Source of the DNA: Candidatus Sericytochromatia bacterium
Lineage (GTDB): Bacteria > Cyanobacteriota > Sericytochromatia > UBA7694
Direction of reading: 5' to 3'
NCBI GenBank assembly: GCA_015272195.1
Contig: JACYMC010000023.1
Span: 5,352-69,351 of the forward strand
Length of the DNA stretch: 64,000 nt
The notes below the pieces were generated by a model. It saw nothing but the letters and a program-made list of their open reading frames with translations, made no database searches and had not been told where the DNA came from. A program made the position numbers and the translations under genes. Below, piece by piece: positions 18,090-27,730 of the stretch. Within the stretch, counting starts at the first letter, position 1; the number at the start of each line of letters is the position of its first letter.

Positions 18090-21000
18090 TTAATTGCTAG
18101 CCACTAATTTATCTTGTACCACAGATATACTCTGCTTGGTCTGATCATAAGTCAAGGTCAGCGCACCTTCCAGACTCATGCCGTTGGGCAGACTGGTCTG
18201 ACTGGTGATCGCCAGCTGGTTGAGATTACTCAACAGACCCAGCTTGAAGATATCCCGGTATTTTTCCTGATTCAGAATCCCAATCAAAATTTCCACAAAA
18301 TTGTTGGCCGCCTTATTTGAAGAACCCGTTGTTTCTTTTGAGCTCGACAGCCTGGCAAGTTTGCTTGCGTTATCGTTTTCCACCGACAAAGGCACCATTC
18401 GCGTTTGCCAGCGGCTCTGAACCTTCAGTGTTCCTGGCCTGACAAACTCTGGCGCATATTTGGCTGCAGCCAGGTCATCATAGCCCGTAATCACTTTGGC
18501 ATTGATCAGCGCGTCAACCTCAGGTTCGTTACCCGTACCGGTTGTGACACGGATCCCTTCTCGGTAGTTATTGACACCTGCTGAGTTGATAAATGTCCCG
18601 TCTGAGGCCTGAATCGAAATGGTATTCAGACCTTCCTGCAGATAAGGCGCCATATCAAAGGTGTAATTGACATCACGTATATCGGCAGGGTAAGCGCCGC
18701 CAATAAGCGGAGCCGTTGGCGTCACCAGCACTTCGCGGCCATTAATAAAAATCTTGGGCTGGTCGTTCCCTGTACCATAATGAACCCCTGTCAGGTCAAT
18801 ACTGACATTGAACGCTTTTTTGGTATAGGTCGGACGCACCCGGCCTGTGGCGTCGGTGATCCAGTTGGTCGGGTTCTCCAATTCCAGCAAATCATCTGGC
18901 TTCAGGTGAAAGGTATTGCGGGCCTGGATCACCTGTCGGGGAGAGTTGAGCTTGCCGTAACCCGCAGCTCCGCCCACAACTTCGTCATCGTCATAGCTGT
19001 AAAGCGTGTCTTTGACCAATGGGAACCAGATAAAGCCGTTATCAGGATCACCGGCATTTGTTGTGGCCAGCAGCTCTGACTGGTACCAGTCCGTGGGCAC
19101 GGCATTGGCTGCATTGATCTCCATCACTGACGGTGGCTCAAAGTCAACGATATTGCGACTCATTTCATAAGAGCGCATCACGCCTTCATACTTGCCGATT
19201 TCAAAGCCCCCCAGAATGGGGTTGGCTTTTTTGCTGTCATTGCTGACCACGTTCAGGCCATTAAAGCTATGAATCTTGTGCAGCCCCTGAATAAACTCCC
19301 CGTTAAAGCTGTCGGTCATATTGCCCGTAGAGCGGGAAATACTGTCATTGGGATTATTGGCAGTCGGGTCAGCGTCGGGAACCCAGTCATAGCTTTTGCT
19401 CGCGTCCACCGCATTCGAGCGGGCCAGACCACCATGCACGTACATTTTACCGGTACCGTCACGCTCAATGTCATTAACCGCCGTGGTCAGGTCGTCGACG
19501 TTGGTGCGCTTGTCATTGTTAAACTCCGCTGTGCGGGTTTCTACAATGTAATGGTTAAAGAACAGCGAGCTGGTAATTTGCCCTCTGGCATTCACGCGGG
19601 TCACGTCATCCACAAGCTCGGTCTCATCAACCGTAATATCGGTGTTCAGGCCGCCGCCTGCCTCAGTCGACCGCTCCCCCATATCGACCTTGTGCTTAAA
19701 CACGCTGCCCAGCTGAATATTGGTATCAAAGAGCCGCACGGCACCGCCGCCACCGGCCTGAACTTCAACATCATAGGCCTGATTGGCGGGTGGGGTTCTG
19801 AGAATAGTTCCCTGATACCCACCGGCAGGGTCAAAGACAGGTAAGTTTACCGGGGCGTCAAGTGTTGCCACACCATTAGCATCTATAGCAATAATCGTGC
19901 GTGTTTCATCAATCGCAGGCTGTGGCGGCCCGGTATCCTGAATTCGAATTTGTGTACTTCCGGGCACGAAAGACGGAGGTATTGTGCCTAGCCGAACTTC
20001 AATAAAGTTGGGTGGAGGGCCTGCTTCTGCAGGCGTCACAGTCACAGATGTGGGAATCTGTGACGCCATCTCCAGCAAGGTGACCGGTCCAGACAAGGTG
20101 ACCACACTGCCAGCAATGCTCTGAATCACACGGGTCTGACCATCAATCGTCAGGGTATCACCAGCGCTCATGCCTGCCGTAGAGCCAAGTGTCAACTGAA
20201 TATATTCAGGCGGGTCATTAGGCGCTCCTGCTGCAGCAGAGACTGTCGTGGTGGTATTAATGGTTGATGTTGAGGTAACCTGCCGGGCATGACTCTGATA
20301 CACAATCCCGTTTTCAAGATAGGTACCCACCACATTACCGCCGACACCATTGGTATTGGAAAACAAGCCTTCATAGACATAGGTGCCACTCTGAAAGATC
20401 AGGCCGTCCACAATCTGAACTTCCCCGTCTGATACATCGGCGTTGTTACGCCAGAGGCGTGTACCCACGTCTGTGGCCACAAGATCCTGATTCAGATTAA
20501 GCTCGTTTTTCTGAGACTGGGTTAAACCCGCGGCGTTCCAGCTCTCTGGATCCAGCCAGGCTTTCTGACGGTTGACCACGGTAGTGTAATCCTGGCTGGT
20601 GCCTGAGCGCTCCAACTGATAACCTTCAGTTGGATCCGTGCTGACCCAGGCCACGCGCTGCCCCGCATCATCTCCCGAAAGGGGATAAGTCTGGTTGCGA
20701 CTGTCAGGTACATCCGTCAGATGGACCAGTTCACCGTTGATCAGGTAGTTGTCATTGCCCGCTTCGTCTGAGTTGGCCGTATAACCCACGGCGTAACTGT
20801 ACTGAATCTCACGCGGTGCAAAGTTGTACAGATAGTTGACCGTAGACCAGAAGGCCCCTGTATTAAAAGTGGTTGTTTTCTGTTCCAGCTTCTGGTTGAA
20901 GTAGGTTGGCGGGGGCGGCCCCCCTGTGATCAGAGAGGTAATACCCTGCAAAAACCCAAGAAAGCCTGGAACAGGTGCAGGCTCAGGCGGATCGTCTTCC

Positions 21001-21635
21001 ACGCGCATGGTGACAAAAATATCACCGCTGACATTGCCTGCAGCCGTGGCACTGTCTGTCAGAGAACGAAACTCAACGTTGCGGCTTCCGGCCAGCGCAC
21101 GGCCATAGCCAAAGTAACCATCATCAGCAGCGACAATCCCGTTTAAACCGTCCTGAAGATTGCCAGAATAGCCCACAGGCGCACGCCAGATGTCATTGCC
21201 ATCGTTGTCTGTCCCAAAAACCATGCCACGCTGGTCAGTGGGTCTGACACCCAGGTCTTCAAAGCCCGTCATACCTGCAATGCCTTCAATAATTTGTGCG
21301 TTATCATTGCCGTCCAGCACAACGTCTGCGCGCAGATTGGTTGCAGCACCTTCACCAATTTGCTGGGAGGTGGACACATTGAGCAGATCGGCATAGGCTT
21401 CCTGCAGTTGTTTGGTCAGCTCATTCAGGCGGTTCTGCATTTTGGCGCGATACTGATCGTTAAAAGCCTTTTCCCATTGATAATCGAGAGACGAGCGCAA
21501 CACAAAAGCGGTTTCAAGCGTGGAAGGGGTAAAGCTGCCACCCGCAACCGGCTTACTCGCCAGGCGCAATGTCGGGGATTTATTGCTGGTCAGGTTCATG
21601 GCCTGAGTGCCCACGTTAAATGCAGAAAAGCTCAT
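18090..21635 (-). CDS. Giant protein of unrecognised family (1181 aa); N-terminal helical 'DQYRAKMQNRLNEL' motif shared with operon paralogues; Gly/Thr/Asn/Asp-rich centre
   Basis: Uninterrupted 3.5-kb ORF co-directional with its neighbours. No signal peptide. The internal plus-strand ORFs are short antisense artefacts. Confidence 0.6.
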   Translation of the reverse strand: MSFSAFNVGTQAMNLTSNKSPTLRLASKPVAGGSFTPSTLETAFVLRSSLDYQWEKAFNDQYRAKMQNRLNELTKQLQEAYADLLNVSTSQQIGEGAATNLRADVVLDGNDNAQIIEGIAGMTGFEDLGVRPTDQRGMVFGTDNDGNDIWRAPVGYSGNLQDGLNGIVAADDGYFGYGRALAGSRNVEFRSLTDSATAAGNVSGDIFVTMRVEDDPPEPAPVPGFLGFLQGITSLITGGPPPPTYFNQKLEQKTTTFNTGAFWSTVNYLYNFAPREIQYSYAVGYTANSDEAGNDNYLINGELVHLTDVPDSRNQTYPLSGDDAGQRVAWVSTDPTEGYQLERSGTSQDYTTVVNRQKAWLDPESWNAAGLTQSQKNELNLNQDLVATDVGTRLWRNNADVSDGEVQIVDGLIFQSGTYVYEGLFSNTNGVGGNVVGTYLENGIVYQSHARQVTSTSTINTTTTVSAAAGAPNDPPEYIQLTLGSTAGMSAGDTLTIDGQTRVIQSIAGSVVTLSGPVTLLEMASQIPTSVTVTPAEAGPPPNFIEVRLGTIPPSFVPGSTQIRIQDTGPPQPAIDETRTIIAIDANGVATLDAPVNLPVFDPAGGYQGTILRTPPANQAYDVEVQAGGGGAVRLFDTNIQLGSVFKHKVDMGERSTEAGGGLNTDITVDETELVDDVTRVNARGQITSSLFFNHYIVETRTAEFNNDKRTNVDDLTTAVNDIERDGTGKMYVHGGLARSNAVDASKSYDWVPDADPTANNPNDSISRSTGNMTDSFNGEFIQGLHKIHSFNGLNVVSNDSKKANPILGGFEIGKYEGVMRSYEMSRNIVDFEPPSVMEINAANAVPTDWYQSELLATTNAGDPDNGFIWFPLVKDTLYSYDDDEVVGGAAGYGKLNSPRQVIQARNTFHLKPDDLLELENPTNWITDATGRVRPTYTKKAFNVSIDLTGVHYGTGNDQPKIFINGREVLVTPTAPLIGGAYPADIRDVNYTFDMAPYLQEGLNTISIQASDGTFINSAGVNNYREGIRVTTGTGNEPEVDALINAKVITGYDDLAAAKYAPEFVRPGTLKVQSRWQTRMVPLSVENDNASKLARLSSSKETTGSSNKAANNFVEILIGILNQEKYRDIFKLGLLSNLNQLAITSQTSLPNGMSLEGALTLTYDQTKQSISVVQDKLVASN

Positions 21636-21743
21636 GGGGTATGCTCCTTGGATAGATGTTCACTCGTCTCTTATCCTGCGAGAGGCCTATCTTCTGTCTG
21701 AACTAAAAGAAGTTTTAATATAAAGCCAACACAGAACTAACAA

Positions 21744-21768
21744 GCCCGAACAGTTGTCCTGTTCGGGC
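21744..21768 (-). terminator. Perfect 10-bp stem hairpin (GCCCGAACAG-ttgtc-CTGTTCGGGC) between the two giant genes; candidate partial terminator or attenuator
   Basis: Lies 14 nt downstream of the 1559-aa gene's stop on the transcribed strand. Followed by a T-rich stretch (TTGTTAGTTCTGTGTTGGCTTTATATT). Confidence 0.3.
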
Positions 21769-21781
21769 TGAAGTCGGTCAC

Positions 21782-24700
21782 CTATTTGGCTGGCGTGGCC
21801 GGCGGGCGCTTAAAGGCGTAAAAGGAGCTGAGATAAATCTCCGCCATCGCCCGGTTGGTGTTTTTAAAGACATCATAAGTACCGACCAAGCCGGGTTCAC
21901 GCAGCAGATTCTGGGTTACAGAGGTGCCGTCTGCACGGGTCACAGTGCGCGTCCCTGCAATTTCTTCCTGCCGGCGTTCTTCGTAATCACCAAAATTGAC
22001 CGGCACTGCCGCTGAAGTCGCGGCAGTGCCGATCTGACGAAACTTAATCCGAATCGATGAGGTGACACCGCCGCCTGTGGTCGCATTGGCCGAGGCCGTC
22101 AGGAACATATCGTCCAAAAATCCGTTGTTAAACACGTCGCGGTATTCTCTGACCAGTTGGGCATTGGAGCCATCTGATTTGAGGTGCATATGTTCATAAA
22201 GCACTCTGGTCAGGGGGTTTTCAACCCCGATGGTGCTTTCACCCAGAGCCTGAGTCAGATTGTTCTGGTCAACGCGGGCCAGCAGCATGCGACCGCCCAG
22301 CACAGGCGCCAGCGCCTGGTTGGCTGTGAGATTGATCGCTGTGCTGTCGAGGCCTTTGACATTCAACGTATAATCGTAGCGACGATCATAGTACTTTTGC
22401 CCGCCGTGAAGTTGCAGAATCACGTTACTGCGGCCATCCACATCACCAGTGACCCCCACACGCACGGTGTTTGCGTTGACCGCAGCAGCCCCTTTGGCAG
22501 TGGCGTCCGCTGCGTTAATAAAGGTGCCAAAGTATTTATCGTGATAGTAGCCTGTCCGGAAGCTCTGCAGATTCAGGGGGGATGCACCATCATAATTGCG
22601 ACCCACAATGCGGCCATGCGAGCCCACATAGCGATCAATATGGGTGGTAACATTGGGCGTCAGACCACTGAGACCCTCACTCACCGCACCGTTATAGTCC
22701 ACCACATTTTTACGCACATAAACTTCGTTGATATCGCCCATGCCCGTATCGTCCCAGAAACCACGTTTGATATCCCAGTTGTCATCATAACGAGTGGTAT
22801 CACCCTCATGACGACTCAGCTCATGGGCTCTGCGGCCATCGATGCCAAAGGCGGCGCCATAACCCTGGCGGCCGGCAGCGCCGTCAACACCAGTTAAGAA
22901 GGGTTTATAACGACGGGTATTGGCCATACCGTTAAGCACCTGGTTAGGCAATTCAAAGGAACCCGTGCCCCACTGGGCCAGCGCACCGATAGCGCCCAGC
23001 TGACCGCCGTCGCGGGTGGTATTGTAGTCATAAGCAAACAGTTTTTTCTCGTCTTCAATAAAGTCATAACCTTCGGCTGTCAGACTGCTGCTGCTGATGC
23101 GATCGGAGGTCACAAAACCTCTTTCATTCTGATCGCGCAGCAGCAGATCCCACATCATGTTTTCATTCAATTGCTGCTGATAAGAGGACAGCATCAGGTC
23201 CAGCACGCTCAATACCACAGCCCAGCCCATACTGGGCGGGCCCGCATTCAGCCTGCCCGCAGCCGCGAAAATGGCTTTGTTGAGAAACTTCATGATCTCT
23301 TTGCCCGTGAGGGCCAGCATCCGCAGGGTATCCATATTGGCGATTTCTTCGTTCTGGTGCGTGCCAGTCCAGTAAGAATAACTCAGATCATTGAGCTGAA
23401 ACTGCGACAGAAAGGCTGCTGTCGAGAAGAATGCACCCGTATCCAGCTCACGGGCTTCGCCCGCATTCATACTATGACGCTGTTCACCACCAAAGACTCC
23501 ATCTTCGCGTAAATTATAATCATTGATAGTATATGAGTTGATACCCAATAAACCCTTGGCCTGATCCAGAAAACCGCCTAAATCAAAAATGCCAATGAGC
23601 TCGGGCATTTTTTGAAGGGTGGACCAGGCTGTTTTTTCGGTAAAGTGGTATTCACCGCGCATGCCATAGCTGTCCATGGCATAACCACCGCTGGTGGCAT
23701 AAGAATAGGCCGAAACGCTATCGATCACCTCATGCTTCATGGCATCCAGAAATTCATGCATATAATCCGTCAGAATATCGTAAGAAGCGGCACCATATGT
23801 GGTCATGGGCAGGTTCAAAAAGAACACACCCGCCATGGGAATGGGAATCGGAATCGGGATGTTAAGATCTGCGTGAAAGCCTCCGATCCCGACGTTGGGG
23901 AAGTAACTGATATCGTCCTTACTGGCGCCACCAATATTGGCCAGAATCCCCAATGACAGGTTCATGGCCTGAAGGGCGGGACCAATATCCCCCCCCTGAC
24001 CGCCGGAGTTATCCATCAGGTCCTCTACCTTGCCAATCGTACCAATGGCTGAAGTGTGGCCCCAGTAAATGCCGCCAACCCCGGCACCAATGGCTGTGCC
24101 GCTGAAACTGTAAGCCGTCGAGGTGCCGTCCAGGTCAACAATCCCCTTGGAGTCAGAGCCGCCGCCCACATGAAAGAAAGGGCCGCCCAGCAGGTTATTG
24201 GCCACATCGTCCAGACGACCCAGCGCCAGACCGGTTGCAATCGCTTGCAGGGCAAAGCCTTCGATCGGCGGAGAAAGGGTCATGGCTGAGATCATTGAGC
24301 TGCTTTTGGCGTAAGGGTCATACCACAAAACAGGCGAAACCTTAAGATGCGAGGAGATGGTCTCAGCATCATATTTGACTGGCGCAATGTCTTTTGTGCC
24401 CGGTGTGGCGGTTTCAGCACCTCCGGGCACAAAACCCGGCGCGTAGTCCCATTGACGTCCCACAAAAAGATTGCTGATCACATCCATGGTGTTGCCACCA
24501 AAGGCGCTTTTGGTGGTATCAACCAAATCGTCTGTACCGTTATCATCATTTACATCCGGCTGGCCATTGGACTCAGCTGCACCTACAGGAATAGGTACAT
24601 AAAGTTTAGAATCACCAATACTTGTGCGCGGGGTTGGCGGTGGCGGCGCCGGCGGGCCAGGCGTGCTGACCGGGGGCAAAGCCGGTGGCGCAGGAACACT

Positions 24701-26461
24701 GCCGACCGGGTCTGCCATCATTTCGAGACGCTTATTGAGAATCGAATAAATACTGGCTTCTGAACTGGGGGTTTTGGGACTGCTATAGTCTGCACCAACC
24801 TGGTATACAGAGTTGATGGTACCCTCAAAGGTACTGGGTGGCGTGTAGTAATAGCCATAGGGAACCATACCGCTGATAGGGCTGACGTTGTCCAGATAAT
24901 TACTCGGGGCATCAGGATGTGGGTTGACTGGCGGCAGCGGAGGGGTACCGGGCGGATAGTTACTGGGCGGGGAGGTAGGCGCTGTCACCGAGCCTTTGGC
25001 CAGCTGGTCAATGCCTGAGAACACCTGGTCCATAATCTGATCATAGGTATAGTCAGGATTCTTTGCTTTGATGTCACCCGCATTATCCACATACGCTTTA
25101 TAAGCAGCTTCTATCTGCGCTTCACGCTTCTGGATCTGACGGGCCTCATACCAGGAGTCTAGAAAACCCTGCTGATAAGGCGGCAAATGCCCTTTGCTGG
25201 CATTAAAATCCTGTTCATCCAGGGTCGCGCCCAAAGGCTGGGCCAGCTTGGGATTCAGCGTGATGCCGCCGACCGTACCGGAGCCATAAGGAAACGAGCC
25301 TGGATCCGGTGCAAACAGACGCTGATTAGACACACCTGGATCAGGGTCAACAAAGCGAATGCCGTTGTTTAAGGTGTAAATACCGCTGCCAGGCGATGTT
25401 TCAGTAAAGTCGCCATTCGTCATGCCATGACCACCTGCTACAATGGCGTCGCGCTGGGCTGTTGTAAATTGCATGGTCGTTGGATTGCTGTTACTCGTAA
25501 TAAAAGTCGGCAACAGAGCAAAATCCGTTGATGTCATGCCATTAAAGGTTTCAATATAATAACGGTTACTGGCATTGGAACGCACAAAGTTACGGGTATC
25601 TGTCGAGGGCGGCACGTTCATGTTCTTGGCAATTTCTTCAAACCAGGCGTTGCTGTTAACGCCGGGGTCATTCAGATCGTAAGCGTAAGGGGATGGGACT
25701 GGTCCTGCATTGGTGCGCCAGAGGTCATAATACTGGTTGTCAGCAGCACCGTCGCTGGTCACATAGCCCGTGCTGTCAACAGGTGCTTTGTAGTGAGGCC
25801 CCTTAAAAGTGGGGTAGGCCACAGGATCATCTGCTGGTATCAGGCTGCCATTAATTTGAACTTCTGCAGTACCGTCCCCGTCCATATCCTGAAGAGGGGC
25901 CTGGCTGTTGATGTAGCGGCGAATATCGTTGTAAGCATCACTTGTACCGCCATACGCCTGCTTATCGGGGCCGAACCAGTCCGGGTGGGCGTACAGATTG
26001 TTGTCTATTTCTTCCACTTCGTTGGGCGGGTTGTCAATCACGGCACCTGAATAAAAAGCCAGGGGCGTTTCGGCGCTGATATCATTGCGATCGCGGTTGG
26101 CATTGGGCGCCCAGCGTTCGTCGGGGCGCATGGGCGCATAGATACTGTTTTCAAGGGTGCGCACATAAGCCCGGTTCAGCTTTTTTTTGAGTGCTTCAGC
26201 GCGCAGGCTCAAAACGGCACGGTACTCGTTATACCAGGTCTGGGCAAAGCTGTTCTGGGCATCGCGGTCATAGGTGGTCTGATACTCGCCAGAGGTGAGC
26301 TGAAACATGCCCTGGGTACGGTTTTCGAGCCGTAAAAAATTGCCATTGGGACTGGCATAATTCGACAGGACAGCCTGCAAGCCCTGGCCAATATCCCGCT
26401 GACCGCCTCCCAGAAAATCTCTGAAAGACTGTCCTGAACTTCCAAGCTGCCCGATTGACAT
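21782..26461 (-). CDS. Giant protein of unrecognised family (1559 aa); N-terminal 'YNEYRAVLSLRAEAL' and C-terminal 'AEIYLSSFYAF' motifs shared with the tandem paralogues; Pro-rich 'PPPTPRT' and 'PIPIPIP' segments
   Basis: Uninterrupted 4.7-kb ORF, no signal peptide, Gly/Asn/Thr/Tyr-rich. Confidence 0.6.
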   Translation of the reverse strand: MSIGQLGSSGQSFRDFLGGGQRDIGQGLQAVLSNYASPNGNFLRLENRTQGMFQLTSGEYQTTYDRDAQNSFAQTWYNEYRAVLSLRAEALKKKLNRAYVRTLENSIYAPMRPDERWAPNANRDRNDISAETPLAFYSGAVIDNPPNEVEEIDNNLYAHPDWFGPDKQAYGGTSDAYNDIRRYINSQAPLQDMDGDGTAEVQINGSLIPADDPVAYPTFKGPHYKAPVDSTGYVTSDGAADNQYYDLWRTNAGPVPSPYAYDLNDPGVNSNAWFEEIAKNMNVPPSTDTRNFVRSNASNRYYIETFNGMTSTDFALLPTFITSNSNPTTMQFTTAQRDAIVAGGHGMTNGDFTETSPGSGIYTLNNGIRFVDPDPGVSNQRLFAPDPGSFPYGSGTVGGITLNPKLAQPLGATLDEQDFNASKGHLPPYQQGFLDSWYEARQIQKREAQIEAAYKAYVDNAGDIKAKNPDYTYDQIMDQVFSGIDQLAKGSVTAPTSPPSNYPPGTPPLPPVNPHPDAPSNYLDNVSPISGMVPYGYYYTPPSTFEGTINSVYQVGADYSSPKTPSSEASIYSILNKRLEMMADPVGSVPAPPALPPVSTPGPPAPPPPTPRTSIGDSKLYVPIPVGAAESNGQPDVNDDNGTDDLVDTTKSAFGGNTMDVISNLFVGRQWDYAPGFVPGGAETATPGTKDIAPVKYDAETISSHLKVSPVLWYDPYAKSSSMISAMTLSPPIEGFALQAIATGLALGRLDDVANNLLGGPFFHVGGGSDSKGIVDLDGTSTAYSFSGTAIGAGVGGIYWGHTSAIGTIGKVEDLMDNSGGQGGDIGPALQAMNLSLGILANIGGASKDDISYFPNVGIGGFHADLNIPIPIPIPMAGVFFLNLPMTTYGAASYDILTDYMHEFLDAMKHEVIDSVSAYSYATSGGYAMDSYGMRGEYHFTEKTAWSTLQKMPELIGIFDLGGFLDQAKGLLGINSYTINDYNLREDGVFGGEQRHSMNAGEARELDTGAFFSTAAFLSQFQLNDLSYSYWTGTHQNEEIANMDTLRMLALTGKEIMKFLNKAIFAAAGRLNAGPPSMGWAVVLSVLDLMLSSYQQQLNENMMWDLLLRDQNERGFVTSDRISSSSLTAEGYDFIEDEKKLFAYDYNTTRDGGQLGAIGALAQWGTGSFELPNQVLNGMANTRRYKPFLTGVDGAAGRQGYGAAFGIDGRRAHELSRHEGDTTRYDDNWDIKRGFWDDTGMGDINEVYVRKNVVDYNGAVSEGLSGLTPNVTTHIDRYVGSHGRIVGRNYDGASPLNLQSFRTGYYHDKYFGTFINAADATAKGAAAVNANTVRVGVTGDVDGRSNVILQLHGGQKYYDRRYDYTLNVKGLDSTAINLTANQALAPVLGGRMLLARVDQNNLTQALGESTIGVENPLTRVLYEHMHLKSDGSNAQLVREYRDVFNNGFLDDMFLTASANATTGGGVTSSIRIKFRQIGTAATSAAVPVNFGDYEERRQEEIAGTRTVTRADGTSVTQNLLREPGLVGTYDVFKNTNRAMAEIYLSSFYAFKRPPATPAK

Positions 26462-26493
26462 AAAATAAGCTCCTTTGTCTTAAGTTTCCAGCG

Positions 26494-27669
26494 CTAGCAA
26501 TGATAAAAGGCGCTGAAGCGATCGATTGAAAGATTGATGCGTCCCCCCAGATCTGGACGATCAGGGTTTTCCGGAACGAAGTTAAGAAACACACTGGCCT
26601 GGGCCTGAGAGCCCGAAGGTAGGGAGGAAGTTGATGCCACCTGCATATCACTGAAGAAGCCGTTTTTCTCAGACAAACGAAAAATATCGCGCAGCAAATT
26701 ACGCTGATCTAACTCATAAATGGCATCATACAGCACCTTTTGAAACTGATTTTTAGCCCGGCCTGTCGCATTAAAAGCTTCATAGCTTTGGGTCTCATTG
26801 ACCCAGTCCAGATTATTCATGTTTCCTGTATCAGCAGCTCCAGCCACGTTTTGAGGCAGGTTATTATTGGTATAGACAATGTTCTGGGCATTAGAACGGT
26901 AGTTAGGGATGGAGGGGGCTGGCGGAGTATTTGCCACATCAATAAAACGATAGCGGTTCTGATGGGAGATAAAACCGCCACCCACTTCGCGATAAGCCAC
27001 AGTACGCCCCCCATGATTCACTTCAAGGGAGTCGATCAAGCCTTCGGTTTCGGCTTCCATATGAAAAGACTGCTGAATAGTAGCCGTACCAAAAACACGC
27101 ACAGTGGCTTCATCGCCATTGCCTGCACCCAGACTGCGAAAGAAAATCGCATCGGCGGAAGCGTCCGGGGTGACGCGATTCCTCCCATCAAAGTGGGGTA
27201 CTCCGACATAAGGTTCAGAAGTTACAGAGCCCCCGGCAGGGTTGACCCCCTGGGCATAACCCGTCATAAAGTTATAGGCCACACGGGCAGCACCAGCATC
27301 CTGCAAACGATCGGTAAATCCCTGAGAAGCGGAACGATCATTCCAGGCCGCACGGGTTCCTTCTAAAGCTGTATCCAGGTCACGCGTCAAAGCAGCCGTC
27401 AAATCAGTAATCAACTGCTGAATTCGTGAGCGCAGCAGAGCCTGGTATTCAAACAGAAAGACGGTACTGTTGTCGTTTTTTTGATCTTGCTGCATCAGCA
27501 CATTCAAATAGGAGCTGGTGTAATCCAAAAAGCTGGAGGCTGTATCGGGATTGGCCAACTGCCGATATCTATCCAGATTGCTGGACATATCCGCCAGTTT
27601 AAACGAGGTGGGGTCCTGTTGAAACTGCTGTTGCATATTGTTGCTGCCCAGACCAAAGGTAAACGTCAT
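26494..27669 (-). CDS. Paralogue A (391 aa) of the conserved-termini family
   Basis: Shares 'VFLFEYQALLRSRIQQLITDLTAALTRDLD', 'DAGAARVAYNFMTGY', 'KNQFQKVLYDAI', 'SSLPSGSQAQASVFLNF' and '...FSAFYHC' with the adjacent 332-aa protein. Confidence 0.6.
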   Translation of the reverse strand: MTFTFGLGSNNMQQQFQQDPTSFKLADMSSNLDRYRQLANPDTASSFLDYTSSYLNVLMQQDQKNDNSTVFLFEYQALLRSRIQQLITDLTAALTRDLDTALEGTRAAWNDRSASQGFTDRLQDAGAARVAYNFMTGYAQGVNPAGGSVTSEPYVGVPHFDGRNRVTPDASADAIFFRSLGAGNGDEATVRVFGTATIQQSFHMEAETEGLIDSLEVNHGGRTVAYREVGGGFISHQNRYRFIDVANTPPAPSIPNYRSNAQNIVYTNNNLPQNVAGAADTGNMNNLDWVNETQSYEAFNATGRAKNQFQKVLYDAIYELDQRNLLRDIFRLSEKNGFFSDMQVASTSSLPSGSQAQASVFLNFVPENPDRPDLGGRINLSIDRFSAFYHC

Positions 27670-27730
27670 ATAAAAGACTCCTGCATCGTCATTGATTCAA
27701 AGCACTGCCTGTCATGTGGATGTGCGTTGC

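Noticed and set aside
19269-19844. 191-aa plus-strand ORF, and several 60-110 aa ORFs on both strands inside the giant genes (e.g. 22184..22897, 23171..23512, 24347..24763)
   Set aside because: Embedded antisense or alternative-frame ORFs within long uninterrupted minus-strand ORFs. No Shine-Dalgarno or operon logic.
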